Positions 13,195-27,059 of a stretch of 64,000 bases of DNA are shown here, piece after piece (within the stretch, counting starts at the first letter, position 1; every line of letters begins with the position of its first letter). The notes beneath the pieces were generated by a model. The model was not told where the DNA came from. It was given only the letters and a program-made list of their open reading frames with translations, and did no database searches. The stretch is from Sphagnum compactum (taxonomy: Eukaryota): positions 7,874,001-7,938,000 of the forward strand of contig OZ234494.1 of assembly GCA_965153455.1 (NCBI GenBank). The letters run 5' to 3'. A program made the translations under genes and the position numbers.

Positions 13195-14690
13195 CACTAT
13201 GAAAAAATATAGGGTTTTACAATTGGGCTTGCAACTGGATTTTTTGTTATAACAGATACTTGCAACTCATGGTATTTATATGGTCTTGAGTGTTAACAAA
13301 CAAGTTACAATAATTGCAACAGACACCCTATGTGTATACAATATTGTATATACGATGCAACTCACATGTAACTATATGCAAATTCTTTGCAATTAATCTT
13401 CACGTCAGATTCTCATGCACATTCCAACGTGGCGAACGAAATGCCAATGTGGTTTTTCATCCATTTATCAATGAATGACATATGTTAATACCTTTTGTAA
13501 CTTATTTACAACTATTTTACCACTAGTTTGACGAATATAATCTTTAATTATTTCAATCATCCATTTGATGAATGAATTATGTTTTAAAATTTTATAACTT
13601 ATTTACAACTATTTTACAACTCATTCAACAAATATATTCTTCCATTATTTCATTCATCCATTTGATGTGAATGGATTCTATCCCAATCCTTTGCAACTTA
13701 TTTATAGTTATTTTAGAATTATTATACAACTAGCTTGATGAATATATTCCTTCATATTTCATTCATCCATTTGACAAATGGATTCTAAATATTATTATCT
13801 TTTGCAACTTATTTACAATTATTTTATAACTAGTCTAACGAATATATTTTTTAATTATTTCATTCATCAATTTGAGCAATGAATTTTATTTTTATCCTTT
13901 GCAACTAATTTACAATTAAAGATGAAATGAAAATAAAGGATTTAGTGGCTAATTTGCAACTAGGTGTTTAAGTTTGGGTTTCAAAGCAATTGTATGGTAG
14001 TTGATTTTAGTAGTACTAAACAACAAAACTGCAACTGACAATGCAATTATACAAACTTCACACAACCATTATCATATTATTTTAATTATAATAGATAATG
14101 TTGAATTACAATGGACATCACTATTTATAAACATGAAATGGATTTGAAACTTTAAATAAATTTACATTCCATGTTGAAGAATACATTACAAAAAAAATTA
14201 AAAAATGTTTCTATCAAAAAACAATTTAACTGAATTTAAATATAATGCCCAAGCTATTTATAACAAACATTTTTCTTTATTTAAACAAATAAGTTGAAAT
14301 GTCATATATATTGGACAATGGAAATATATACACATGGCATGATTGTATGTGTTATTCAAGGCTGTACATTTGTTGTAAAGTAATCGTTGATTAATAATTA
14401 AATTTATCTTAGTTGTGATGCAATTGTTACATGTGACTAAAGTACAACTGTTAACAAAGTCAAACATGGTTGACTACAACCGTATATATAGTGTGTACAT
14501 TTTATTGTATAAATATACATCTTGCAATTAATTCACAACTATAATACAACTCCTTGATTTTTTGACATGGCATTTTATTTAGTAATTTGTCATATTTCCA
14601 TGGGGCAATTGTAATGAAATTGTATATTAGTTGTTTTAGAGCTCTAAGTGTAAGGTAGTCTAGTTGTCACGAACACAATTTCTCATAGTG
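13195..14690. mobile_element. Non-autonomous CACTA (En/Spm) element, ~1.5 kb
   Basis: Left end CACTATGAAAAAAT (13195); right end ATTTCTCATAGTG (14690; reverse complement CACTATGAGAAAT). Many subterminal TTGCAAC(T) motifs and ~5 internal ~100-bp tandem units (13495-13920). The 3-bp flanks TGC/CGT are imperfect, possibly a decayed CGC TSD. Confidence 0.75.
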
Positions 14691-17600
14691 CGTGGAGAAA
14701 GAATCAACATGCTAGTGATGGGGAAAACTTGACATGTGAGAAAACATGAACAACTTAAAGATAAAAGGAAATACAAATAAACCTTTTGAAACTACAAGTG
14801 GCACAAGTTGAAAGCTAACAAAATCATGACGATGGAAAAAAAATCAATTGACAAAGATGGCAAAGGACTATATTTATGGAAACTTTCAACCATAAATTGC
14901 ATCCATCAAGTTATCAATGGAAATTGAATAACTCGTACAAAACTCAACGATCAAATGCAATATTACCTCCATCTAAATAAATCCCAATCAATAACGCATA
15001 AAATGACAAGCTTGAATTGTTTGATGCAAATATTTGATATTATCCAAAAATCTTAATCCAACTTCTAATCACCACCATCAAATCAAAAGAAAAAAAACCT
15101 AATGCATTCGATATGAGAATAAAAAATTACATTAAAACAAAACTGCATCAACCATCTACATGTAGCAATCTTGTCCATGCCTTAAATTAAAACATATGCA
15201 TCATCAATTATGCACATTGACAAAAGATTATTTTAATATTTTAAGGTCTCAACCATTGATTTTGACAACATATCCAATCAACTTTTATTGTTTTAAAAAA
15301 GGGCCTTAAACATACCAAACACACAAGATCAAATTGTGTTGTTCAACTTGTTTCAATTGGAAGGATTATGCCCATTTGATTTAACATTATTTGTTGTATT
15401 GATTTTTTTTTTGGCATCATTGACCATTTGATCGATCAGATTGCAACTATCCATGGTTAAATAAAAATCACCAATTGACAAATTGATCTCCACAATGATT
15501 TCATTCATCTATATTATCTTTAAATGATCAACCTAGAACTATCCAATGGAGAAGATTTAAAGCTTTCATTCAAAAGATAAACCGTAAAACTACACAATCA
15601 AATCCCAACCATTGATCCTTTTGGGAAATTAGTGTATCTTGACTATTGAAAGTACTATTTATATATCCATTGATCATTTTGGGACATTGGTGCATCTTTA
15701 CTATTGAAAATACTATTTATATGATATCCATTGTTCCATATTGATCTTGTTTATGCTCTACCTTCTCACGGCAAACACATTTACAATTTGGATCCAAACA
15801 TAGTATTATGAACCACCAAAGCACATAACTAAATCCTTGCACGATATTTTGCTAAATATGCTTAAAATCAAGATTCAAAAATCAATTTAATTTTTAAAAA
15901 TTATATTTTGATCTAAAAAGATGTTGCATTGTATTAAAATATAAAGGTGTACATTAAAAGTGATTAAAAATAGAATTTTCAAATCATTTAAACTTTTAAA
16001 AGTCTTTTAAACAACAAAAAATATTAGTCACATTTTTAAAAAAAATGTTTTTGGGTATTCCATATTCATTGGATTCATTTCAAAATTTCTAACATGTTCC
16101 CATGACACATAAAAAAATTTGTTGTACAAGAATTTCAACATCAACTTAAATAAATTTTACCTTGATAGAAAATAAGACAATGGTCACATCTTGTTTTGGT
16201 CACTTGAATCCAATTTGCACCCATTTTCACTTGTCATTATAATTAGTTGACATGTTTTCATGTTTTGATAACAAATGTTCTTGTTGTATGTAAAACAAAT
16301 CTAATCACAATGTCATTGTTACTTGTTGGTGTTGTGTCATATCCAATAACTTTCACTAGATTATTTTGTTTGTGAATCATATTTTTATTCTATTAAAATA
16401 ATTTGTTTGAACTTTTATAGGAAGTTCTTTTCCATTTTTAAAATCTAATACATGAACTTTCTTTGTTAAACATTTGTTATTGTTATTTTGATTATTATTG
16501 TATTAAATTTATGTCTAATTATATTAGCTATTAATTTTTATATTGATGCGTAGGTTTGATATCTCTTGTGAATTTGTGAAATTTATTCATTATACAATTT
16601 CACAAATGTTTTTACAAAATATCAACTCAAATGAGTATTTTTCTTTGTTTGGTTCAATTTTTAAAAAAATTGATTACATTATTGCCCATTAGTGTATTTG
16701 TATTTTTACCCATTCTGAATGCCCAATACATTCATATAAATTATTATGATTTGCAAGTTCCAATTTTTTTAAGTTCTAATTTTAATTTGATCTTTCTATA
16801 TTTTTACGTATTTTTAATCATCTTGGTTTGTTCGTTGATAACATCATCTTGAATTTTTTAATTTTCAAAAATTTTGTGGACTTTCATTGCAACTTCCATT
16901 TGATTGCAGTGATATACTCTTTTGGAATGTAATTCACCCAATTCACCTTTTCACATGCATAGGAAATGAGGTTTTATGTTGATGAATATTTCATTTTATA
17001 TTTTTTGTAAATGTTTTTGGACGCCCATAATTGAATCATCTTTCTCCATTTTGTATATTTATTTTTTGTGATTCCCTATCTATTGCATTTTTAAAAAATA
17101 AATAAAATTAAAATATTGAATTATGTTCTTTCCAAATTTACATCTTGATTTATTTTTGTTAATTAATCTTAATTATTGATAAGAACATTTGTTGGATAAT
17201 CACACTTGTTATGTTTGGCATATTTTTTACATTTGGCTAAACCTTTGGTAGGCTAGGTGGCATTTTTTGGCACATTCATTTTTCAAGTTTTTCCTTGCAA
17301 TTTTTGAAGAATATAACCATGCATAATTTATACCTTCCCGTAGTGTTTGCATGCATAATAGATAATCACCATTTTTTTGAAAAATAACTAAAACGAAGTT
17401 GGATTACATAAGAAGAAGACATAAATTCTTACACATGTTCATGAATCAACTCAAGAAAAGTTGCAAGGCATTTCCCCAAATTTTAAGAATGTGTTTGCTT
17501 TTGGGGTCTTTATCTTAATGTTGGATTTTTTTGGCTTTTAAGTATAATTTTTTGGTTTGATTCAATCGTTTTTAAATGAAAGGGTTAACTTTTGTTTTGA

Positions 17601-20600
17601 TTTTTAAAATTTTAAACAAAGCATTGAAACCTTTGGTTCCAAGTGTTTTTGGGTTGTTGAATCTTGGTCCTAAATTCTATACAACTATTTGCAACCTTCA
17701 TGGACAATTATTTTTCTTTATAACTTTCAATTTTATTAAATGACCCCTTGATTGAGATAAAAATGTAATATTTATTTATTTAATATAACCTTGGAGGTTT
17801 TTTTTTTGTATTAAAAAACTACACAAGTAAAATGATAAGGTTCCACATATTAGTTATTGGGTAAAATTTATAACTCAATTATTTATACTAATATTATGTT
17901 TATTTTCAGAATTAAATCATAAGTAATATAGAATATACGCTAATTATTATTATTAGAAAAATATAACACATGTACAAAAGATTGATAATAAATATTAGTT
18001 GTTCATAGGTTCAATTAGTAAGATGGAGACTGTGTAGATTATAGGTAAAAGTTGAGAATAAAAGAGGTAGCACTAATGAGGTGGTAAAAGCTTGGTTAGG
18101 ACAAGGAGTTGATAAAGGCCCAAATGTAGTAACTTGAAAGTGCACTTACTTGGTTATAATGCACATTTGGTTTGTTTTGATTCTAGAACCCAATTTTATT
18201 TTTATTTTTTTGTTTTTTTTCCCCTATGGAAACAAACCAAATTTTGATGTCTATAATGACTTTGTAGGTGTCGTACATGGTTTTCATTATTTGAAATATG
18301 ATCTAATGTTGAAATGTTTATTGATGTGTTTTCAAAATTAAAATTGAACATTTCCTACATTATGTTTATTTAATCACACATGATCACCTTCCTTCTTCCA
18401 TCACCTTCACACCTTCAACTAAAATTCAAAAGTAAAAAAATAAATGGTGCCAAAATTCAATGCAAACATAAAATTTAAATCAAGGTGAAGGTGGTTTTAA
18501 TATGTGAATATTACATTTTAAGATACTAATAGGGTGGGAAATTTTTAATGTCCTTCATATAATACCTTTCACATAGTACCTTCTTTAATGCACACAATGA
18601 GAAAAAATAACACAAGCACCTCGAGAATATAAAAAAGTAATTAATATGGATAAATTTATGCTAAAATAATTTCAAATTTGCAAAGCATAATGTCAAACCA
18701 ATAATATATAAATTGCAAAAGGTTATATGGGAAAGAAATACTTGATTGGATGAAACAAAAACAACAATGATTATAAAACAAATGATGTAAAAATAAATGT
18801 TGATAAAAATAAAGACACGAGTGAAAGTTGTCAACTTCTAGCCATAGCCAAAACAAAATCCAAAAAAGGTTCCATTGAATTATATGCACCCTCCTTTTAT
18901 TCATATTTCTGAAAGAAAATTTTCATAGCTTCACAACCTTAAAATTTATTAATTTGGGATGTTCCCATAATTTTCCATATCATTAATCACAAATCAATAC
19001 CCACCTTGGCGAACATTATGGAAAGCCAACTCAAAGTGAAAATTGAAAAAAACTTGATCAAAATGCCTTGCAATGCTAATGATCCAGTTTACACATGTGA
19101 ATGTTTCTCTTATTCAATTTTCACTTGAATAAGAGAAACAATAATGGGGTTACTTGGATACATGTAAAATTCAATAATGGGGTTACTTGGATACATGTTT
19201 GAAGAAATTCTTGTACTGGTATTTGACATATTATGATGTACAAAAGACTAAGAATAAAATGTTGTAGTAGAATGATCATCAACCCAAAAGAATTGATAGT
19301 TTATTATTTCCAAAGGTTATGTTTTTCAACATATGTAAATACATGCAGGTGCTGCAAGAAAAGCCTATGTTAGAAAAAAATAGTTGTTGGGTTGGAAGAG
19401 TGACATAGACATTTGGGATAGAAAATCAAAGTTGTTCAACCTAGTGCAAGAAAGGAGCAACATTAACATCCAAATAATATTTTAATCCTTTTAGGCTATG
19501 TACAAAGCTCCTTGCAAAAGGGGTAATGGTCATAGTTTCAAAAATAACAATAAAAAAACACAACATTCATACCCTTATTCATGGTCCTTGGTACTCATGG
19601 TACTCATGGTACTAGAGGAAATTTAGGCCTTGAAGCTCAACATAAAGAACATTACTAGAAGAATGCATCCAAAAATATATGTCATGTAAAAGATTACAAA
19701 GAAGGTTAATTTTAATCACTAAAAGTTTAGATGATTTAGGAACATCCATCATTACCATTCAAGCCCAATGTAACAAGAAATATTATTTGCCACTCAAGAG
19801 AAACAATAATAGAAACAACAATTGCAATTGCAATTTCTATAAAAAAAATAAAAATTAAAGAGAAACAAGAAATGCATGTTTTCTTAAAACGTTTACAACA
19901 AGATAAAGTTATGAGTAATTTAAAAATCACAAGAAAATCCAACTATCAAAGAGTTGCATGCAAAGAAACTCAAATGCAAATTGTGATTATGATTAGAAAA
20001 AAAAACTTGTGATTCTATGTTTTTACAATTTTTGTCTTAGGAACCAAAAGCCCCCAACGAAGGGAACAATCATGCATAATAACAACATTCTTATCCTCTA
20101 CAATTGTGATGATAATAAACACGGGCATGTGCAAAAAATGGGGATCAAAATGATATTGTAAAAAACTTGGGCTCCACGTTGCTACACATTACCAAATGAT
20201 AGTTTTCCTTCTTATTATGTTCCCATACAATTATCAATAATTCATCATTATTTATGTCAATTTAAATTTCAATTACTAGAAATATGATGGACATGAAAAG
20301 ACACATATTAATTTGCCTTTTCATATCCATGTTGGTGGGTAAGGAAAGGGGCGAAATAGTTATAGGGTTAATAGATAATTATTTTGAAAAAATAAGAGGT
20401 AATTATTAGGAAGAAGTGAGGTAGTTAGGCCTGGAAACGAAGAAATTATATTTGGAAATGTTTTTTAATTTCCAAGGACAACCATATGAAGGATTATGCA
20501 ACATCAATAAGGAGCCTACGAAAGATTATAAAAAACCACCCACATATCAAATTTTCAAAATTCTTTTCATTGGAATATAAAATAAAGAAAATAAAAAATA

Positions 20601-23600
20601 GGACATTCACTAGGCAAGGATTGCATTAAACAAGGATTCACTAATCAATTAATTGCATGAGAGTTCCCTCAAATTGCCATGAAAGGTCATTGGTTGTTGA
20701 AGGTCAAGGGGAAAACAAGGGGAAAATGAAGCTTCCCCAAAGTTACAATATCATGTCAACGAAAGCAGAAGCTTGCCTATAATCAAAATTGCCATAAAGT
20801 TGTTGTGGAAGCTTGTTTAGAAGAACAATCATAACTATAGAATGGGGAAGGGGAATGATAAAGAAGTTGATGGAGAGAAGCCTAAAGAATTGAAATTACA
20901 ACAATTCAAGACAAAAAATAGAAAGGATAACGTGATTGGGAAAAGTTGCTAAAAGTTGATGATGCAAAACAAAGACATGAAGATAAGAAACACACATTCA
21001 TAGAGATTCTACAATGAACTCTAAACCCCAACAATTTGAAATTTTGTTTTCAAACCATTGGAATTACTCTTCTTTGATTTTCTTCAAATTTAAAGAACAA
21101 CTATTGAGTGTAGACCTAATTAATCATAATCCATCAAGCCCTTTTTTACTTTAAGTTCCTTGTTAAAATAAATCCTTCAATCGTGATGCCTTGGTAATCA
21201 ATAGATAACTACAACTCAAATTGACACAAAAACTTAAATTGCCCAACATAGGTCCTTACCAAGTAGGGCAATGATTAGAATCATCAAATAACCAATGGTC
21301 ATCATGATAGTTCTTAAATCACCAATAACATCCAAATATTTGGTTTTGACATATAACCATATTTCTAAAAAATATAAGATTGATCAAATACTTTTCTATG
21401 AAATTGTAAATTCTATGTCAATTAGTTCATGAAAACTATTGGTTCATCGAGGGGTTTGAAAAATATGGAACTATATGTTTTTTAATTTCTAACTAAAAAA
21501 AAATAGAACTAAAGGGTTTTTTTAATTCAAAAAACTAAAATATAATATTTTTTGATTCCTAAAATTTGACAAAGAAATCATTAGAAGATGTTGTCAAAAA
21601 ATCAAATAACCAACCCAAATTTAATGTAAAGAAGGCATATGAATCCAACTCAAATAAAAATTTCAATTTACTTAAGTTCAAATACCTAAATATTTCAAAG
21701 TACCTATTTCATTAGAAGAAATGCATATATGAAAAAAAAGAAAAGGTCTATAATAGTTTTTTTTTATTAAAAAATGTTTTGAGTGGTGACCTTTTGATAG
21801 GTTACACCACCAAGACAAATTAAGTTACTTTAATGTTGTCATTTCATGTTACCCCCATCATTCTTTACACAATTGGTACTACATTGACTTTGTGTATAGA
21901 TTGCCCTTGAATGCAAGATTATTAACTTTTTTGAAAGCACAATTATTTCATTTCTATTACTTTAAAACAAATGGGAAACAAAAACTAAAAAGTTGATTTG
22001 TATTTTGTATTTGTTTGAACAAATACACGAAACATGTAGTAAAGATTTTTTTTCAAGCCCAACCATTTTTCTTTTTTGCTTGGAAAATGCTAAGGATCCA
22101 CACTGTAACTTTGAATACATGGTTAGTAAACAAAGATGATTTTTAGATTCTTGTGAAATTGGAATGTTTCCTAATTTGCTTATTTTGTTTACGGACTAAA
22201 TGGATGACTCATGAAATGAGGATAATAATTTATAAAATTTGATGAATATTCTATTAGAGGCTAGTAGCTTATATATTATGTGCATAAATATACTTTGAAC
22301 ATGACTAGTTTGATCATGGACAACATGAAAACACACATGCCACCCTAGTGTACCAACACTTACATGAGTATTTCCACCTTCTTGAATGAGGTCTCCTAAA
22401 GGATATATTTCACCAAGGAAATGCTAGCTCCTAATAGCTAAAGCGATGTTTACACCCAATTCATTTCCATTTGAAGTCTTAGTTAGAGATCCAACCCACC
22501 CATACATTCATGAATGGGATTCATTAGATCTAAAGTTTACACATTTGGAAGTATTTGGCCAAAATCCAACAAGGATGATGATATAGCAAAAATAGATTGA
22601 GCTCATATATGACCAGACACATGCTACCCAAAGTTAGATCCAAAGCTTCACCAAACAAAAACAAGCTTTTGACATGATGCCAATGCATGCATCTTAATAT
22701 GACAAGTCACAATTGCGAAATAAAGTATCTAGAAAAATAATTTCAAATGAAAATATGATACTTCAAATAAGAATAGAACCTTGCAATTTTCAAAATGTGA
22801 ATGAGAGGAACTTTGAAAATGGGCAAAACCTTCACTCAAGCTAAGTTGCTTCCAATGGTGAAACTCAAAAGTTAGTTCATGAATGAGTTTCCACCATTAC
22901 CTACGTATATATGATTCCCACCAACCTTATTCATGCACCGTTGAGAGCATAACTCAAGGTTCAACACATGCACTTATTTCATTAAAACCTGAACCAAATC
23001 CATCTAAAATTTCCCAATCATTAGACCATTTGAAAGCCCCCTAAATATCTATACAACCCATCAAAACTAGGGAAAATTTCTAACCATGTGATTCACACCC
23101 ATTTTAAATTCCCAAAAAGTGTGGAGTTTAGAGAGATTAAATTTGGACTCCAAGTCATGACATAAGGTATGCCTAAACCATAAACCAACCTAGGTGTAAA
23201 CCAACCTAAAAAGGTCAGTTGTTTTTTACCTACTTTCTTGTTGGAGTTTCATTTATGTGTAAAGGGACAAATATGCTACAATTTAATTTGATAAATATTG
23301 ATTTTGTGAACATGATTTGATGTTTTTAAAATCATCAATCAATGTAAATATATAGACCAAACTAAGGACACATTTAAATAAATAACTATGTAGGCTAGTA
23401 AGTGACGAATGATTATCTAGTGAGGGGCGATAAACAATAAACCATATGTGCACAACACCAAGTGTTTCATTAGCTCCAAGAGATGAATAATTGTTATAAA
23501 CATCATTTTATGGTGTAGAACAAGGATGTCAATGTATGAATGTTTTCATTGTCCACAAGGGCTGAACATGAACTCATACTCCATTCCCTATTTCTTTGAC

Positions 23601-23611
23601 TATTAATGATA

Positions 23612-24242
23612 TTAGTGTGTACCCGGTGCATAATGCACCCGTCGAGCTCCCCCTCGCCCGGTCCTTCCCATTGCCCACTTCGGTTCTTTACCCCGTCGAC
23701 CCCCCCCCCCCGTCCTTCGCATTTTCCACTCCGATTCTTTAACCCGTTGATCCCCCCCCCCCGTTCCCCTGTTATATATAATTAACTTCCCGCCCCGTGC
23801 TGGCCCCCCCCCCCCCACGTGCTGGATGGATTCCAAACATTTCATCCATTTAAGCCGAACGAACATTTCATGCATCTCATCATCCGTCTATTGCCGGACG
23901 GACATTTCATCCATCCCGTCATCCGTCTAATTAAGCCGGATGGACATTTCATGCATCCCGTCATCCGGCTTAAATGGGGTGAAAGGAGGACAACATTTGA
24001 CAAAGCATGCATGGAAAGGGTGACTATCTACTGTCCAAGTGGAAATTGAACAGTGGACAGTCCACTCTCCACACCAAACACAACTGGCCAAAAAAATCCC
24101 CTTCCTCTCCCCCCCCCCTCCCTCCACCCACCCCCCAAAACCTCTGTCCCTGTCACCCGTTGCTTCACCGGGTGACATCCCTCCCCCACCCCCCAAAACC
24201 TCCGTCATAGACACAGAGACTTACTGAATTAATATATTAAGA
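23612..24242 (-). mobile_element. Non-autonomous Helitron, 631 bp
   Basis: On the minus strand: host A | TCTTAATATATTAATTCAG ... GGTGCA-TTA-TGCACC hairpin, GGGTACACA, CTAA | host T. This gives a 5' TC, a 3' CTRR, a subterminal hairpin, an A-T insertion site and no TSD. It is a GC/CpG-rich island in AT-rich flanks, with three ~40-bp internal tandem units (23860-23970). Confidence 0.85.
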
Positions 24243-26073
24243 TTTCCCAACTATTTATCGCGGGGCTGAATAGTCAATGATTAACAATTAAAACGTTGTA
24301 TTACAGATGTTATATTTATGAATGAAAATTTGGATTTTGATCACACTTCCATGGGGCATGCATTTGGGGGAGTTGTTGCATAATGGATGAATAGTTGGAA
24401 AAGTGAATTTCACTTCCTTTTAGAAAGTGTTTTGAGAAGTTGCACAACAAATGAAAATGAGCTTCCCAAAGGAAAATGGACGGTGCATGAACTTTAGGAA
24501 GCCATGAAGTTGCCTCCAGCCCAAGAGGAGGCGAACAAAGGGATATAGAAAGATGGCCCAAGTATTGTAGGGACATCGAATGATAAATGAACTTGGGGAA
24601 GGCATCCCATCTTCAAATGGAAGTGGATGAGATAGTACATCCTATTGTCCAATTTTGGATGTTTGATGTTCCAAATTTGGTCTATTGTCCTACTTTCTCA
24701 ACTAGCTCCGTTTTCATCCCTTATTGAACTTTGTAAAAGTTTGACAATGTTTTCACAAATTGGCATTTGAAGGAGAAAATAGATAAGTAATAAATATACA
24801 TACATTTTACCACCAAACACATGGCATTTATTTCATTGAAAAAAAGCATCTAATTTTTTGTCAGGCATACTTTTAAAAACTTTTTATCATGAAATTGGGT
24901 ATTTTCAAATGAATTGTGGAAGGCTTTTTTTTTGGTTGTTGTTGGGCACTTGTCCTATAGGCTATGTAACACCATTGTTACATCCTAGTGCCACATTCCT
25001 TGCACCTATTTTTAATGCTCCCTAAGAGGACCTAGTTCTAGGAAAGAAAAATTCTCAAAGTTGCTTGCTAGCTACTGATTCACTCAGCATAGAATTCCAT
25101 TTATAACTGACAATTGGCAGTTGTTGTAAAGAACCTTTGTAGTTTTCCAAATTTTTTTTATAAATTTAAAATATTAATATTTAATATTTAATATTTAATA
25201 ATATTAAAATATTTATTATTATTATTAGTTATTGGGTCTTACAGTCCCAATCTGAATATTTCAAACAATTGGCAGTCAAAATAGGTAAGTATAAAAGGTC
25301 TCCTTTATTTTTTGAATTAACCCAATGGAAATGATTGTGCCATGTACTTCAAAAGTGTAAAGCTTCAGTTCTTTGGAAAGTCTTGTAAGGTGAGGTTTGA
25401 ATTCTTTATATTTTTTCCAACATGCCCTCTTGAGAATGATCATAGCAGCTTTTCAGGTTCAGCCATGATTAGATTATTTAATAAAAATTCTGAAATTAAA
25501 AAAAAATTATTATTTGTTTGAAAATGTCAAATTCTAAGGAAATTAGAAAGGGAGTCTTTTTTGAAAATTTTGGTGGAAAACCACCCAGGAGCTTCTTGCT
25601 TTAGGCCAATCTGCCATTGCAAAGCAAGTATCCAAGAATTGACGAGATTTTTCTCTATCCCATAATATGGTGAAGCATTATGTATCCCCAATTTTGCAAA
25701 AAGAAGTAATAAGAAATGTTGCAAAAAGTCTCAATATGTTAGAGGTTCCGAGTCAAGAAACCAACCAAAGAAACTACCTTTATTTATTTCTGAAAATTCA
25801 CTTTTTTTTTTTAATGGGGGGGGGTGTCAAAGTGGATTTTCAAAAAATATATATTCATCACCGAAGTGACAAACTTGAAAAAGTATTATGATATTTAGCA
25901 TTTAACTTTTATTTTTTCACAAGAATTAATAACATTGAAAATGGGTGGCATGTACAGGATTTAAGCATTTTGACAATGTGACATGTGACATGGAAGTCTC
26001 CAAGTGTTTAGGCAATATTGTAAATAATACAAATTTGAAAACCCAATATGATATATTAGAGAAATTGGTAAAT

Positions 26074-26416
26074 TCACCCTGTCCTCACTCTCTCTTTGGG
26101 CCTCATTTCACCCCCAAACCCCTCTTTCAGTGGTATCTGCAAAGTAAGGAAATTTTATTAAATCTGGGTATGAAATGCTGAAACTCAGCATTTAATGCAC
26201 AAGGTTCGATAGTAATCATCGTTATATGTTTTCGGGTTCGACACAGTAGTGCTAAATAAGTAAATATAATTTGGAGTTTCTGTTTCGGCATCACAGTTTT
26301 TGATTTTGAAATTTTCGACAAAACTAAAAATAATATAAAATTAGTGCCAAAGCTGAAAAGGTACTACCGTATAGTAGCTGCACAGGTAGGAGCAGTGAGA
26401 ATATATGTAGCAGCAG
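26074..26416 (+). repeat. 5' part of an unclassified dispersed repeat (copy A), interrupted by the MULE at 26417 and resuming at 38046
   Basis: 26074-26202 is a close reverse complement of 43307-43428. 26372-26416 joined to 38055-38310 aligns with the reverse complement of ~43035-43290. Confidence 0.75.
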
Positions 26417-27059
26417 GGCTTGAGTGAGCCAGCACCCACCAGTGTACCATCCAAAAAATCCCGTTCTGGGATGAAACTGTCCCCTAGGGGTCAGTTTACT
26501 TGGTCAGTAGATATTTCTTTCTTCTGCTCCTTTTTATCCCAGTTATATTTTTTTCCATAGCCCAGTTTTTTTTCTTTCTGGCAACAATTTTATTATCACT
26601 TTTTTTTGGCCCACCCCTGACCCCAAGTTTTTTTTTGGGAAGCTCCTACCTACCTTCCAAACCTATACCCTAAACCCTAAACCCCAACCCACCTACCCCC
26701 TTCTTCCTACCAACCCACCTACCTCCCTCATCCTGCTGGCCCCCTCCCCACCCACCTCCTCTTGCGCTCACTAATCATCGCCAGAGCTTCAGGAGTGGTG
26801 CTCGTCATCAGGAGCTTCAATGTAGTGGTAGTTGGAGCGTGAAAGCAAGAGGAGTTGGGAGCTTCAGGGTTGCTGCTCATCGTTAGGAGCTTCAATGTGG
26901 TGGCAGCAGGAGCGTGAAAGCAAGAGGAGCTAAAGTGGGAGCTTGAAGGCAAGTTCCCTTCTCCTTTTTTTTTTCTTTTTTTTCCTCCTTTGCTGTGAAG
27001 AAGGCGACGCCATTGTCGATGCCGTCATCATCCTCTTCTCTTCCTTTGCAACTGCTCAA

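Noticed and set aside
15608-15725. Small two-copy tandem duplications (also 19140-19198 and 45527-45680)
   Set aside because: Ordinary slippage or repair duplications in decayed TE DNA.
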